Shown here: positions 63,264-64,000 of the stretch, piece by piece
Numbering within the stretch: the first letter of the stretch is position 1
How the letters are laid out: every line of letters starts with the position of its first letter
NCBI GenBank assembly: GCA_028534125.1
Contig: CM052818.1
Coordinates: 36,272,001 to 36,336,000 of the forward strand
Source of the DNA: Lama glama
Lineage: Eukaryota
Reading direction: 5' to 3'
DNA length: 64,000 bases
Position numbers and translations under genes: made by a program
Notes under the pieces: model-generated
What the model was told of the DNA's origin: nothing
The model's input: only the letters and a program-made list of their open reading frames with translations
Databases searched by the model: none

Positions 63264-64000
63264 CTTGGAAAGTAAAGAAACAAAGTGATAAAGATCCTAA
63301 TATGTTTTTTCTTTCTCTGAAAAACATTCTGTATGTAGAAATATATAGACGTTAAGAGGCATATAAAAACTAAATGTATTTAAAATAATATAATTAGATA
63401 ACATGAATAATTAGAAGAACAATACAGAGTAATTTTTAAGACTACAAATTCACAAACAACTTAAGTTATTCAATGGTACCTAGAACACTAACATAATGAA
63501 ATATTTGATGACTACACACTGCTAAACTTAAACAATTTGATCATTTCTATAGATGTCTAAATAGGACTAAAAATTTGCTAGAAAAATCAAGCTCTTATTT
63601 CATTTTTAAAGCGAAAATATAATTTAATCCAGAAATGACAAAACAAAAAAACAAAACATGATAGAATTTTAAAAATGTTTTCACATTTCATCCACCTAAC
63701 AGAGATAGAGAAAGTGACATAGTTGGGACTGTCACTCAGTCTGAGGCTTTGTCTACTATACCACAGATGCCTCTCTTCTGAACAACATAAACTTTAGATA
63801 AGCAGGGACCATGTATGTTTTACTCATAAACATATTCAAATATTGAGTACAGTGTCTGGTACAGAGCAGGACTTAGACAGATACCTTTTGAATCTTATAA
63901 TCTTTTAAATGTAGGGTCTTTTCTAAGGAGCAGTTGAAAGTTTATAATGTTACACTTGATAGATAAGTAATGAACTTCCATGGGGAAATTTTTTAACAAT

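Overview
Eukaryotic (mammalian) genomic DNA, syntenic with human 2p23.3 in reverse orientation. Four tRNA-Ala-derived Vic-1-type SINEs suggest a camelid source (inference). Gene order: the last two exons of SF3B6 (+); complete FKBP1B (-, 4 coding exons, 108 aa); complete WDCP/C2orf44 (+, non-coding exon 1 plus 3 coding exons, 683 aa); complete MFSD2B (-, 14 coding exons, 503 aa); and the last three exons of UBXN2A (-). I reconstructed every exon by hand: all introns are GT-AG, phases are consistent, and the spliced frames are open. FKBP1B and WDCP are head-to-head on paired CpG islands, while SF3B6/FKBP1B and WDCP/MFSD2B are tail-to-tail. The rest is typical interspersed repeats (L1, L2, MIR, MaLR/ERV1 LTRs, Tigger and hAT MITEs). 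I found no convincing novel biological system. The best observations are modest: a decayed WDCP C-terminal tail, a conserved alternative FKBP1B acceptor, an apparent MFSD2B exon-1 donor shift and QH expansion, a CRE/MARE palindrome in FKBP1B intron 2, and a nested stack of TE insertions. Human and mouse comparisons and repeat family names are from recall, not from database searches.
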